DNA of 64,000 nucleotides. It comes from Protoeuglena noctilucae. Lineage: Eukaryota. Below the pieces are notes generated by a model. That model ran no database searches, had not been told where the DNA came from, and worked only from the letters and a program-made list of their open reading frames with translations. Below are positions 14,001 to 26,700 of this stretch, piece after piece. The DNA lies in contig OY253675.1 of assembly GCA_958009085.1 (NCBI GenBank), positions 930,001 through 994,000 on the forward strand, in the 5' to 3' direction. Within the stretch, counting starts at the first letter, position 1, and each line of letters begins with the position of its first letter. Both the position numbers and the translations under genes were made by a program.

Positions 14001-14402
14001 TGGCGAAGTGGGGCATTTCGGACAACGTCAGCGAGGGGCCGCCACTGGCCTGGGCGCGGCAAGCCAGCGACGCGCACGGGAGCCGAGGTCGGTCGCAGCA
14101 GGGTGGTTAGGGAAGACCAGCAATGCCCTTGGCCCTAGCTGCGAGCGCACCCCGCCCTCGCCCTCGCAGAGCTGCACCCCGAGCCCTCCCTGACGCCCGC
14201 CCTGTCGCAGCAGCTCGTGCCTGCCGCGGCGTCCCAGGAGCAGATCGAGATGGCCATTCGTGTGCTCGCAAAGCACATGGATGAGGTGCAGGCGCAGTTC
14301 CAGGGCCTGCTGGAAGAGGTGGTGCACATGAAGCGGAGAGAGAGGCGAAGGAGGAGGGCGGCTGGCGTGAACGGCCGGTCTTCCGCGAGGGGGGAGGCGT
14401 GA
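11083..14402 (+). CDS. CEP78: Leucine-rich-repeat protein, CEP78-like (centriolar), multi-exon
   Basis: LRRs LRVLNLSGSRIGDRG...LRRLILAG|CGLTD, then REVRVWEANLR (compare CEP78 WAESLR), GLHFLDLSCN and LVFVDMR, followed by a disordered region and a short C-terminal coiled coil. The start codon is inferred from splice phase. Confidence 0.7.
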
Positions 14403-14593
14403 GAACTTGCGCGAGAACAGGCAGCGCAGCGTCAGTCTCGCTCTCTCTGACGAATGGGGTCTCGCCAGGCAGCATCTTCTTTGAAACGTCGAGTGGCAGC
14501 GAAGATCGTTTGGTTGCCACCGAGCGCAGGGCACGCGGCGCACGCAGCGCACCGTGCTGCTCGAACAGGGCTTCTTGGCTCGCAGCCGCACCG

Positions 14594-17500
14594 ATGAGCA
14601 GCCTGGTCCGTCGGGATGTGGTCAGCAGTCACCTAAGTCACTGCGACTCCGTCTTGCGCGACTGGGTGGACGCGCTCGCGGCAGGATCCGTTTGCCAGGG
14701 CTCGCTGGCGTCTGCGTTGGCGTCCCGCGTGTCCGCGCCCTGCATACGGCAGCTTGCAGACCTCGGCTGGAATTTCATGAGCGCCTTCGCTGTCCAAGTA
14801 ATGGACCGCGAGCTCGCGCAGGCCATATCGGCCATCATTGGGGCGGCCAAGCTGTGAGTTCGCTGCGAGTGCGCGGGGCCCGAGCTCCGTTGCGTCGTGG
14901 TGGATTTCAGACACATTTACGATCCGTCTCCCACAGGGCCGCGAACCTGCTCCACAACGAGCCAACGCTGGAGGAGTATTTGTCGCGTGCGTCCGTGAGG
15001 AAGCTCGAGGAAATAAGGAAGTTTCCCAAAGCGAGTCCAGGGCGGACCGTAGGAGACTTCCTTGGCTCCCCGACAAAGTACGTGCGCGGGGGCAGGGCCA
15101 GCAACGGGGGAATTGCGGGGCTTCGCGAGGGATGAAGCTTGTCTGCCTCGTGGCCGCAGTTCCACCGTACTGACGACAGCGGTCGAGTTCATAATTATGG
15201 CGTGTGTCAACCACGATTTCGTGCCATGTGGTGCGTGCGTGCGTCGTGTGCTTGGCTGCGCACCATGGCACCTGCGTTGCTGCGAACTCCCTCACATCAC
15301 GATCTGTGGCTCTCCCGCCCTCATCCACCGCCACGGGTCAGCGCTTGCGCCTGCAGGGCCCCTGGTCAAAGATAGCGGCGATCATCTGGCAGAGCTGAAG
15401 ATCCCCCTGGAGAGGACCGAGGCCGTGGACACCTGCCTCTCCGAGTTCGCCCTCCACCACGTGCAGGCCGCTGTGTACTTCACCGCCGCGATGCAGTTCG
15501 CGGAGAGCGCACCGAGCGGGCCCGAGCCCGCCATCGTGATGGAGCACCGGGCCAAGGTGTTCCGCATGCTCGCGGAGACAGACTTCGGCGAGGGCACACC
15601 CGACCACCGCCGGCGCGATGCCACGCTCGAGCACGACTTCGTGGCAAGCCTGGGCGACAGCGTCTTCTGCCGGGCGTTCATCCACGACAAGCGCCTCAGC
15701 CAGGCCTACGCCATGGCATACATGGCCGTCGAGAAGCATGACGGCAGCGAGCTCTTTCAGGTGCCGGATGCGGCTGCTGTGCGTCGCCTTGCTGCGAGTC
15801 GTGCTGCGATTGTGATGCGGCCCTGATGTCGCGCACCTGCATCGCGAACCGAACCCGCACCTGCAGCTGGCCATGCATGAGGAGCACGTCCCCCTCATCG
15901 GTAGCGAGCTGATATCTCAATTCCTTGCCCCCTCCGATCTGGTCACGCTGTCGATCATGCAGCGCTGCGTCCAGCTTCGCAATCTGCGCGGCATCATGTT
16001 CGACGGCGCTGTCGTGGCGGAAGCGGTGAGCCGTGCGCCATGGCAGGCTGCCTGGCGCCTGTGCACCTTTCCGTCCATGTATCTGTGACGGCGGGCAGCC
16101 CCTGCGCCCAGATGCGTTGGTCGCTGTGCTACGGCAAGGACGTCTTCGACCCCAAGGGGCTGTACACTCCCCCGGGGAGGGGTCTGTGGCCGCGACTGTA
16201 CGCCAAGTTTTGGAAGCTGCCGAGGGATGCGCCAGAGGTCGCGTTCTGGAGAGCTTACATCTTCCAGCGGGACGTGACCATGGGCTGCAGCAGGATGATG
16301 CTTGAAATCGAGCAGATACGGTAACCGGCGGCAGATGGGAAGCGCTAGGAAGCGCTGCTTGCCGTCGTTGGCTCTCGCCCGGCTGTCACATGTATAATGT
16401 CATCCTCCGGTTGGCGCAGGCTGGACCTGTTCAAGTCCATTGCCATGGCACAGGAGGGGTGCCTGGGAAGCGGGGGCTCCGTGTCGTTGACCGAGGCCCT
16501 GTCGATGTGGGGGGACATCAACGTGGGCCTGGGCCCCATCGCCAGCCAGGCCCTGTCCTTCCGCGACGAGCTCGACGGCGACGACAAGGCCGCCGTGCAC
16601 GACTTTGAGCTGTTCTGGCTCGCCGTGGCAGAGGCGCGTGGCGCGGACCGGCTGGGGTTGCGGGGCCAGTGGCTCTGCTCTTGCACGCATGACCGTGAAC
16701 CCCCTTTCCTCCCTGCTCAGGTGGCGTACGAAATGGGCCTCCGTTGGCACGCCGTGAATATGCATTGCCTCAACCCCATCAACCCCTGGAAGCTGCAGGT
16801 GTCAGGGGAGCTCCTTGGCCTCCTCGCCGACCCCGTGCAGCACGTGGTGTGGGTCGGAGGCGAGTGCTTGCAGTCCCGGCGCCCCCGGCGGGCGGAGTCG
16901 GGTCGCCGGCTGACCCCTGCCGCCCATGCATGCAGACGGGCCGTGCCTGGCCCGGGACATGACGCTGGAGGCGCGTCTCATTGCCAAGCTCGCAATCTAC
17001 CTCGTCCTCCACCCGCCGCCGTTCGTCGTGGGTGTCCGACCCGGGGAGCCCCTTTGGGGCGAGAACCTGCGCCCCCTCACTAAGGATGAGCCTCCCAAGC
17101 CCGACATCACCACGGTCCCCTGGCCCACGGACTCAAACGCCAAGGCCTGGCTCTTCTACTTTGGCGCCATCGGGTGCGCGGCTGCCGGTCCTTGGGCAGC
17201 CCCCCCGACAGAGCCACGAAGCGCACGGCTGCTGCAGACCCAGCCATGTTTGCCCTCGCAGGCCTAACGGGCACGAACCCCGCCACGGCGAAAAGACCCT
17301 GTGCGTCTACACCAGCTTCCTGCTCCGCACTCTTGCCTGCCAGCCGAGGCCGCTGCCGCCCGTGCTAGGCGCGCCCAGCCGCGCGCCCCTCACCCCCTGG
17401 GAGGCGGACGCCACGCGTTACATGTGGTCCCGCATCGAGGACACGGACGCGCTCGCGAACATGACGGTCGACACGATCAGGGACTCGACGAAGCTGATTG

Positions 17501-20500
17501 AGGAGACGGTGAGGCTGTCGATCGCGAGAGGAGACGAGGCCGCGTGCATGGCAGGAACTCGCCTACACCTGACTGGCCCGCTCTGTGCCCCCGTCCTCGC
17601 AGGTGATCGAAGCCAACCCGATCAACAGCCGGTGTCGCCCCGGCCTGGATTTCTTCCTCACGTGCCGGGCCTACGTGCCCTGGACGCGGCTGCGGTTCCT
17701 GCCTTTCGACGACGACAGGTTCCTCACCGCCTACTTCGAACTGATGCACTACGTCAGGTGACCTGACACGCCACCTGCGGCGCGTGCCGGGGGAGAAAGG
17801 GCCAGGCCCCCTTGCCACGCGTCATGTCTCAGCGTGGATGGCCCATCGCTGTTGCGTCCATCCACGCAGTGGGGGTCTCGAGGGCTTTTTTCGCTCCAAG
17901 TGGGCCTTCATCACCGCCGCGTGCCAGGCACGCAACGCCGAGTTGGCCTCCCCCGAACCACTCCTCTCCGACCTCCTCACCCGCCACGCCGTCTCAGTGG
18001 CGTTCCCCGCTGTCTTCATCCTCTGCCAGAGCGCCGTCGTAGCTCCCGTCCTCCTCGCGTGCGCGGACTATCTGGTGCACCCCAAAAACAAGGACGTCTT
18101 CGGCCCGGTGAGCGGTGCAGGTGGAACGGAGTGTCGGCTGTCCGAACGTAGCGACGTGGCGTCACGGGCCCCGGCTGGGTACTCTCGCCACCACCGTGCT
18201 GCGTGCCGCTGCGAGAGCCGCTTGCGGCCCACTCCTCCCCCTTTCACTGCTCCTTCTACTGCGACTCCTCCCCACAGGGCCCTCCGGAGTTTGAGCGCAT
18301 CTTCTCGACGGCCCTCGTGTCTCCTGTCCTGCCCTACCTCGAGTCGCTCATGCCCAGTGAGATGGCCGCGGGCCGCGCGGATGGCCAGCTGCCCTAGGAG
18401 GGGTGCGGACTGCCTGCTTACGCACGCTCACCCCCGCAGGCATCCTGCAGCCGGGCCCCGTGCGTGACGCCCTCAAATCCAACCCCACGCGCAAAAAAGA
18501 CGCGGCCAAGTCCTACGTGCGCCTGACCGTCATCGTCACCGCCATCCTCACCCAGTGCGTCACTAACTTGCCGATCAGCATACCCTGCAGCCGGATGCTG
18601 GGCGTGCGTGGGGAACGGGCCATCGAGGGAACTTATCGCCTCATGCAGTTCCTGGAGACCCGCGTGCGCCTGTGCTCAGATACCGTGGACCGCGCGCCCC
18701 TGACGGTGATCAACCCAGGTGACGCCGATGGGGCGCGGCTCGACCCATTCCGCTCGCTGGCGAGCGGCGGGTGCGGCGGCTAGTTCGCCCTACATGCTGC
18801 CCTTGAGCTTCTATGTGCATGCCTGAGCCTCCACCGACGTCTCTGTGCCGTGCAGATGACCTGGTGAGCGTGTTACGGAAAAGCGGATTGGACCGCACTG
18901 ACCTCAAGAAGCAGCATTTCAAGCAGAACATCACGAGGCCTCCGGTGACGAGAGTGGGCCAGGAAGGGGCAGCGGGCAAAGCGGAGGTGAGTGCCAGCGC
19001 TGCGCTCAGCGGGACGAAGGGGCATTGGGGGTGTGCCATTAACGCAGCCGCCCCCTCCGCTGCCCTTTGTCAGGTCGACATGCTCGACCACTTCGTCATG
19101 GCGGTCGTCAACGTCATGTCCGCCATCCGCGAGGGCATCACCAAGCCCATCCCGGCACGCAAGGGCGCTGCCAGGCGCGAGGCGGCGCCGCAGCCGGTCC
19201 CTGTGGAGGTCACGGCAGAGGCAGAGGACAGGCGAGCGGCAATGCAGGCAGTGCCACGGCGCAAGTTGCGTCGGCCGCAGTCGCTGGCGACGGCACGGCT
19301 CGTTGAGTGCCCCGTGGCTCTGCTGGGCGCGGCGCATGATGGAGCAGCTGTTGCTGGAGGAGTCGGGGCAGTCGGAGCCGCCGGCAGCGCAGAAGCCGTC
19401 GCAGGGCGGGGGAGGGAAGAAGCGTGGGAAGAAGGCCAAGCACGAGGCGCGGCGGGCGGAGGGGCGGGCCGGGCCGAGCGGGGCGGGGCGGACGGCGGTG
19501 GCGGCAGCGCTGGATGCTGCGGGGGAGCTGGAACTGCGCAGGGAGCAGGCCAGGGCGGCACCGGATGGGTCGACGGTGGACGCCGGGTGGTGGGAGGGGC
19601 TCGTGCAGGCGGCGCGGGTGGAGCTCTCGGTGCGGGTGGGCGGCCGGCCGACGGACCCGCTGACGTGGGAGGTGTCGGTGAACGCGGTGGACCCGGGCGC
19701 AGCGCAGGCGTTCCGGGCGGTGCGGGCGTTGATCAAGGAGCTGGTGAGGGCGAGGCTGCGAGGGGATGTTGCGCGGGGGCCGCGGTGAGCAAGCGGACCA
19801 CAGTCGCAATTCCATAGCCGCGTCGCCCCTCGACGTCTGCAGGTCGAGCCTTGCATCGGGGATGGCGTGCACTTGCCGACGCCTTGCTGCCCGGCGCTGC
19901 TGGCGGCCCTGAGCCGGGGCCTGGGAGGCTCGTCGGGGTCAAGCGCAGGGGCCAAGGGGACGGAGGCGGTGGCCGGGTGGCTGCGCGTCATCGGGGTGGC
20001 GATGCTCAGCGTCAAAGAGCTGTATACGATGGCCATCGTGGTGGCTTTCCTGAGGTGAGGCCGCCGCGTGGGCGTGTGGTGGGGCACACGTGCCAGTTAC
20101 CCGGCGCTGTTGATGCCGGCACTCGACGATCGCAAATCGGCTCCACGTGCAGAGGCGCCCGGGTGCCGCTGAGTGAGGAGGCCTTGCTGGCGCCTGACAG
20201 GGAGAGCGACGCGGCGGCTGTGAAGTGGCGCGCGGAGCTGCTGGCGAGCGTCAAGGCAGCGTGGACGGGGGCGAACGGGAGGACCCCGGGAGCGCCGACA
20301 GCGACGGGTGAGCGCCCTCGCCCTCGGCCTTTGCGGGACGCGCATGCGACACTGCTTGAGGCCAGAGAGCATCCATCGCGTTGCGCCCGGCTTCTGCGTT
20401 GCAGCGGTAGAGATGGCGTTGGTGGAGGATACCCTGCGTGCCACGGAGAAGAGCATGCATGGCAGCGCGGGAGTCGGGGAGAGCAGCCAAGGGGACGCGG

Positions 20501-21485
20501 GGACGAGGGGGGCTGGGGCCTCGGAGGGTCCGAAGCCGGGGAACGCCAGCAATACCGCTAGCAAGGAGAGCAAGCAGGGCAAGGATGGCAAGCAGGTCAA
20601 GGAGGGCGGTGCAGGTCGGAAGAAAGGTGTTGGTGCAGTGGCCACGGCGTCGCAAGGGGGAGAGCCACCTCGGCAGCAGCAGGCGCAGGCGGCACCTACC
20701 CCTGCCCCGGCCGCCCCCCCCGCCCCGCTTCCGTCGGCACCTGCTCCCGCCGTGGCGCCCGGGCCCAGACCTCCTGCGCCGCTCCCGGTGGCACCTGTCC
20801 CGGCTGTGGCGCCCGAGCCCAGCCCTTCTGCACCGCGCCCGGATGGTGGCTCTGACACGGTGGCGGCGCTGGAGGAGGCGGTGCGGCTGCTGAGTGCGGG
20901 GGCGCAGGCGGACGTGAAGGCCCTCTCGCGGGCCAAGCGCCGGGTGGGGACGGCCATCACGCGTGCGGCGGCGGTGGGGGAGGGGCCGGAGGTGGTGGCG
21001 GCACTGCGGGCGGCCCAGTCGCGCCTGACAGCAGCGATCTCCGAAGCGCAGTTGCGGAACATCGCCGGCAGCACAGTCATGCATGCGCACCCCCCCGCGA
21101 CCCCCTCCGCGCCAGCCCCAGCCTTGGGACCGCTGCCACCCCCTCCCGCGACCGCACGTGCACCGCCGCCCCCTGCCAGCCACCAGCCCGTGTCAGTCGA
21201 AGACGAGCACGAGGACGACGACATCTGCACCATCTGCTACGTGAGGGCCTCGCGTGTCTGCGTGCTTGGCACAGTCTCCCAAGCATTCCAGCAAGCGCTA
21301 CAGAGCGACCCGCTTCCCATCGTGTGACGCAGGAGCGCGAGCGTTCCGTGACTTTCCTCCCTTGCGGGCACCACATCAGCTGCCTGGAGTGCGCGACGGC
21401 GTGGCGCCGCAAGGCGGGGACGTGCCCCAAGTGCAGCGCAAAGATCGAGCGCATGACGGACGTCGAGGAGGGTTTTGTCGACTAG
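14594..21485 (+). CDS. Large multi-exon protein with a C-terminal C3HC4 RING finger (putative E3 ubiquitin ligase)
   Basis: The last exons splice to DICTICY|ERERSVTFLPCGHHISCLECATAWRRKAGTCPKCSAKIE. Upstream exons show coding-like codon bias. Whether it is a single gene, and its start, are inferred. Confidence 0.7.
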
Positions 21486-21567
21486 GGCGAGGCTCCCTTA
21501 AACGTGCCCCCTGGACTGTTGTTGCGTGAGGCGGTCAGTTGCGTCTCAGAGTGCTCATGAATGTCAT

Positions 21568-23154
21568 TCATCGGAAACGCAGCACCACCTTCCCGTGGCG
21601 AGCCCCCTCTTGCGCCCGCACCACCGCCTTCTTCCAATCCGCGAAGTCAAAGCGCTCCACGGGCATGGCGAAAAGCCCCTGCGGTACGTGCAGTGGGCTC
21701 CGTCGACACTTCCCACCACGTGACTTGCATGAGTTATCACGCTCTTGCTAGAGCAAGCTCTCCTGACCCCCTGGCTCACCTTTGCCGCATATCCCATGAC
21801 CTCTTCCAGGACCTTCCGTCGCTGTGCCAGCCAAGCGTCTCCCCCTTTGCCCCCAGACATCCAGTAACCCCGAAGCTGGATGTCCTTGAAGATGAGCAGA
21901 CCCGTAGGAATGGTCACTGGCTCTTTGGACATCCCGCCGTACGTCACGAGGACGCCACCCTTGGCCTGCAGAGGCACGGGATGGTCGGCGTTCGCAACAC
22001 GCAACGCACCGCCTTCGGATCACGGCAGGGGCCTGCCCTGGCACTCACCAAGACCTTGCTCAGGTCTGCTGCGCTCTTGCCACCCACGGCATTCAGCGCG
22101 AGCTTGGCCGACCCCAGCCGCTTGGCCGCATCCTGGGTCTGGCCCTCCGTCACCACCTCGTCCGCACTGGAGAAGCCAGCGAACGAGTATAGAACGTGAG
22201 CGCATGCGGGTTGATGCTTGCTTCGCTGCCAGAGCACCCTGGCGGCCTCACCCGAGCTCGCTCAGCTCCCGCATGACTGCGTCGATCCCTGGGCGGTCGC
22301 GCACCACGTTGAGGGTGCGCAGGCCCATCTCCTGGGCGAGCTCGATCACGGCGCGCCCGACGCTGCTGTTGGCCGCGTTCTGCGCCACCACGTCCCCCGG
22401 CGACAGCGACACGAACTCGCGCAGCATGCACAGTGCCGTGGGCGGATTGATGCCCAGCATGGACGCCGTGTCGTCCGACACCCCCTCGGGCACTCGCAGC
22501 ACATCGACCTCCCTCGTCACAAGCCCCTGCCGCCACGATCTGGGGCGGGGTCACGGGGCCGGGTCAGGCACCTGGCACGAGATGGGGGTGTGCAGGACCT
22601 GCACGCGTGTCTCTCACTCACCCGAAGCCCCACGAGACGGGGATGACGCGGTCACCCGGTGCGAGCGTGCATCCGCTGCCCGCCTCCACCACCACGCCCA
22701 CGCCCTCGTTCCCCGGCACGGCTGGAAGCGGGGGCACGAGGGGGTACTTGCCCTCGATCGAGTTGATGTCGGACGGGTTCATAGGGGCCTGAATCATTTC
22801 TACCCTGACTTCCCCAGCTTGTAATGCGCGTCGCCTCTCCTGCAAAGAAGGCAGGAATCCGCGGCTCTCGTGCCATCGCGCCGATGACCGATGGCGAGTC
22901 CGGAACCTCGGTAATCGATCCTCGCTGTGCGCGATCGATGCGCGCGCCTGTGGTGAGCAGATGCAGGCTGGCAACTACCGCACCTCTTGCGTGACCCGTT
23001 TCAAGGATTCCTCCGGCACACCGTGGGTCTCAAACACCAGGGCATCGTATCCCCGAGATTGAGATTGGACCGCAAGGCGCGATGGCCCCCTGCCAACCCC
23101 GCGGCTCGCTAGCCGGCCCCCGAGAGCGACGGTGCGGACGACGGACCCAATCAT
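21568..23154 (-). CDS. MECR: Mitochondrial trans-2-enoyl-ACP/CoA reductase (MDR family)
   Basis: Arg-rich presequence [19 protein letters not shown], then [58 protein letters not shown] and [10 protein letters not shown]...[11 protein letters not shown]. Five GT-AG introns. Confidence 0.93.
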
Positions 23155-23792
23155 CGCGATGCAAGAGACACATGAAAGAAACAGAGGTCAAAGCGATGCA
23201 AATGCGAGGCAGAGGGCTCATCCGATCGATGGACAGCGCGAGTTCATGCTTTCTGACGTGGGTTTGCCCTCAACGTCGTCCGCGGACCGCCCGCTTCTCA
23301 ATGCCTGAATACGTTGCTGTGCGTAGTACATAGGGTGCTCAACGGCGTCTTGGCAGGTGCTTGCGCCCCAAGCGCGAGAGGGTTTGGTTGGGCGTCACCC
23401 GAGCCTACTTCACGCGTGAAGCAGGCCAATGCCACCCGCTTCGGCCGGGAGACTCGGCCCCGACCGTGCAATCGACGCTTTTGAGGTGCTGGGCAGCCTA
23501 TCGCGCTGCCCTGGCCGGCGAGCCGAGCTTCGCATCCATGTTGCTGTTGTTGTGCGTTGTTGTGCGACATTCTGTGTCCTGGGCGCACGTTGCGGCGCAG
23601 CAGTCTCTCCAGTATAGTCTTCATGTAATATCGCTTGATTCGGAGGCTAAAACCGTCCGGATCTTTTCCACTTGGCGCCTTTAGGGCTGCCCTGATGTCA
23701 CGCATCGCCTTTGCCCGCAGGAGGAAGGGGATCGCGTGTGCGGCAAGGCCAGCAGCGACGACCTGACGGTTCCTGCCTCCGGAGGATCGGGC

Positions 23793-26700
23793 ATGGACCC
23801 GAATGAGGGAGCTTCCTTCCCGAATCGCGGCGCACATGACAGGTGTCGTTTGCGCGCGGGCTTGGCACGGATTGCGGTCCGGTGGCTCGAAACGATGCTG
23901 ACATTGCCGAATCTCAAACTCTCGCCCAGCGCACGCCCATTCTGGATGTTTGCAGCCCCCATGGCAATGACTCGCACGACGTGAGCGACGGTGGGATGGA
24001 CTTGGGGCACCATGTGGCCTCCGGTGGCGTGGCCAGCGAGCGGAACTCGGAGGTCGGGACGTTTCGCAGCTCGGCGTCAGAGGTGCGATGACGCCGGAGC
24101 GCTGTGGCGCCTGCTGCAGCAAGCCCTTGCCAAGCAACGTCGACCGCCCCCTCTGGACGCAGGCGAGCGCGGCCAACTACCTGGCGGGCGCGGCCCGCCG
24201 ACGCACGCTCGCTGCGTGGATCGGTGAGGTTTGCCACGGCTGCTCTTACTGGATGTGCCTTGCCTGCGTGTTCCACGTGACGTGAGGCCGCCGTCCCCGT
24301 GCAGGGCGCATGACGGGAGAGCAGCCCACGGCCGTGTCGGACCACCTGTTCCGCCGCAACCTGCGCAACGGCGTGCTCCTGTGCCGGCTCATGGCCGCCG
24401 TCCACCCCGAGGGAGGGTGCAACCCCGTCCACGATGCGTTCGGGGGTGACGGCGCGCGACCTGTGCATGTGGCACGCCAACGCTGGGTGCCATGCCACGC
24501 GGCCTCAGACGCTGTATCGTGCTTCGTTCGCAGCCTCCAACGACGCCGCGTGCGCCCGCCGCAACGTGGAGGCATTCCTGGAGGCAGCGCGCCTGTATGG
24601 CTTGTCGGTGCCCCTCTTTGGCTTTGCGGACCTGGACGATCGCCACTATGCGGACAAGCCGTACGTGGTGGAGTGCCTGCTGCACCTGAAGGCGATCTGG
24701 GAGGAGCGCAACGGTGGCGCTGGAGTGGCTGGTGGCGACGGGGTCGGTGGCCCGTATGGCCAGGGTCCCGTGTCGCCCCAGGGACGGACACGGAGGTCGT
24801 CGCTGACGTCGTGGGCGGACGCGCAGGCGGCCGGAGCAGGTGCGGCTGCAAAGGAGTGGATGCTCTGTTGCCGGAAACGTGTGACTTCCTCACGTCTCCA
24901 CACGTGACACCTGCCGTGACTTCAATCGCAGGCGTGACGGTCGATGTGCCGCGTCCGTCCGAGCAAGGCTCCATGGCGCAGGGGTCGCCTGTGCGGCCGG
25001 GGGGGTCGGCACCCATGGATGGGACCCCCAGCGTCGCGGGCGCCCGGGCTGCCCTTGCGGAGATGGTGGCGGGCATCAGGTGACAGGCCGACCAGCGTCA
25101 GGTCTTCCAGCACCGCCCCCACGCCCGCGCCTGCCCACCCCCGCCTCTCCCACCGCTGCTCTGCAGGAGGAGTACGCACATGGACTTGCGAGGGTCGCGG
25201 GTGGCGGGTGGCTCGGGGTGGGAGGACCCGGGGGCGTCGGTGTCTCTTCCGGACCCCGAGACGAGGTCCAACGCCAGCGCCTTGCCGCCGCAGCCGCAGA
25301 GGTGAGGCTGCACGACGCATGCAGTATCGGTTATGCCTGCTCGTGTGTTGCTCGACCGAAGCAGCCCTACCCTCGGTACCCCGTCACCCAGTTGCCACCC
25401 TTGCAGGAGCCCTGGGTGGAATCTGGCGCGCCGCGCCGTGTCTGTGCGGGGCTCGATGACCCACCCTCGCATGCCGGACGCGGGGGAGGGCGAGGCGGTC
25501 GGCCCTGTGATGGAGTCGGTGATACGCAGCCTCACCCTCGAGTACGAGAGGCAGCTGGTCGCCAAGGACGACTCCCTCAAGGTGCAGTCAGCGGCAGGCA
25601 GCCACGCATCGTGCTCTGATCACCTGCAGGATGGCAAGAAAGTCATCTTTCCATGCTTGCGCCCCGCAGCGTTCCGAGTCGGAGCTTGCGGCCCTGCGCA
25701 CCGCCTCCACGGCCGCGCGCACCGAGATCGAGGCCCTCAGGAAGGAGTTTGAGGTGAACCACGCTGCGGACCCCAACGCAGCTGTTTGCGTATTCGCGTC
25801 GTCGGGGACGGTGGGCCCTGGCGTCTCCGTTCCCCTGCTAAGGCACCTGTCCTGCCCTTTGCCCCACCCAGGAGGTCCGCGTGCAGCTGAGGGAGCGGGA
25901 CGCCGAGCTGCGGACCGTGTCCAAGGAGCACCGGCAGGAGATGCGGGAGGTGCTGGAGGACTACCGGCGCAGGGCGGAGGCCATGGAGCAGAGGGCGCAC
26001 GCGGAGCTGGAAGCGCTGCGGGCGAGGGTGGAGGCGGCGGAGGCCGAGGCGGCGGGGCTGCGGGCGGCCGCGGGCGGGGCGAGGGCCGCCGAGGGTCGCG
26101 CGGCGGCGGCGGAGGCGGAGGCGGCGCGGCTTAGGGATGAGTCGGAGAGGTGGCGCGCCGAGATGGAGGCGCTGCGGGCGGCGCTGACGGCGGCTGACGC
26201 CGAGCGGGGCCGACTGGGTCAGGAGGCCGAGCATCTGCGTCGGACGGCCACGGATGCCGAGCGTCGCTGCCAAGCGGCCGAGGCCGAGGCGGAGTCCCTG
26301 CGGGGCGCGACGGTGGAGGCGCAGGCGCGGGGGGAGCGGGAGAGGGAGCGAGCCGGGGAGGAGGCACGCGCCCTCGCACGGGGCCAAGGTGAGAAGGGCG
26401 CCAGTTGCGTGCTGCACGTCCTGTCCACGATCATGCGCTCACCCGGCAGTGGCGGTGCCCCCGCAGTGGCTCTGGCCACGCTGACGTCGGCCTTGGCAAG
26501 CCCGCGTGCGCGACTGGCGGAGTTGCGCGAGGAGGTGGACGGGTTGAAGGCCGAGGCGCTGGGGGGCTTCCAGGAGCTGCGGAGGGAGGCGCAGGGGATC
26601 CGCTGGGCGCTGGGGGAGCTGCGGGGCGTGGGGGACAAGCTGCGGCGCGCCCGGCGGGAGAACGCCGAGCTGTGGAACCAGGTGCAGGACCTGAAGGGGC

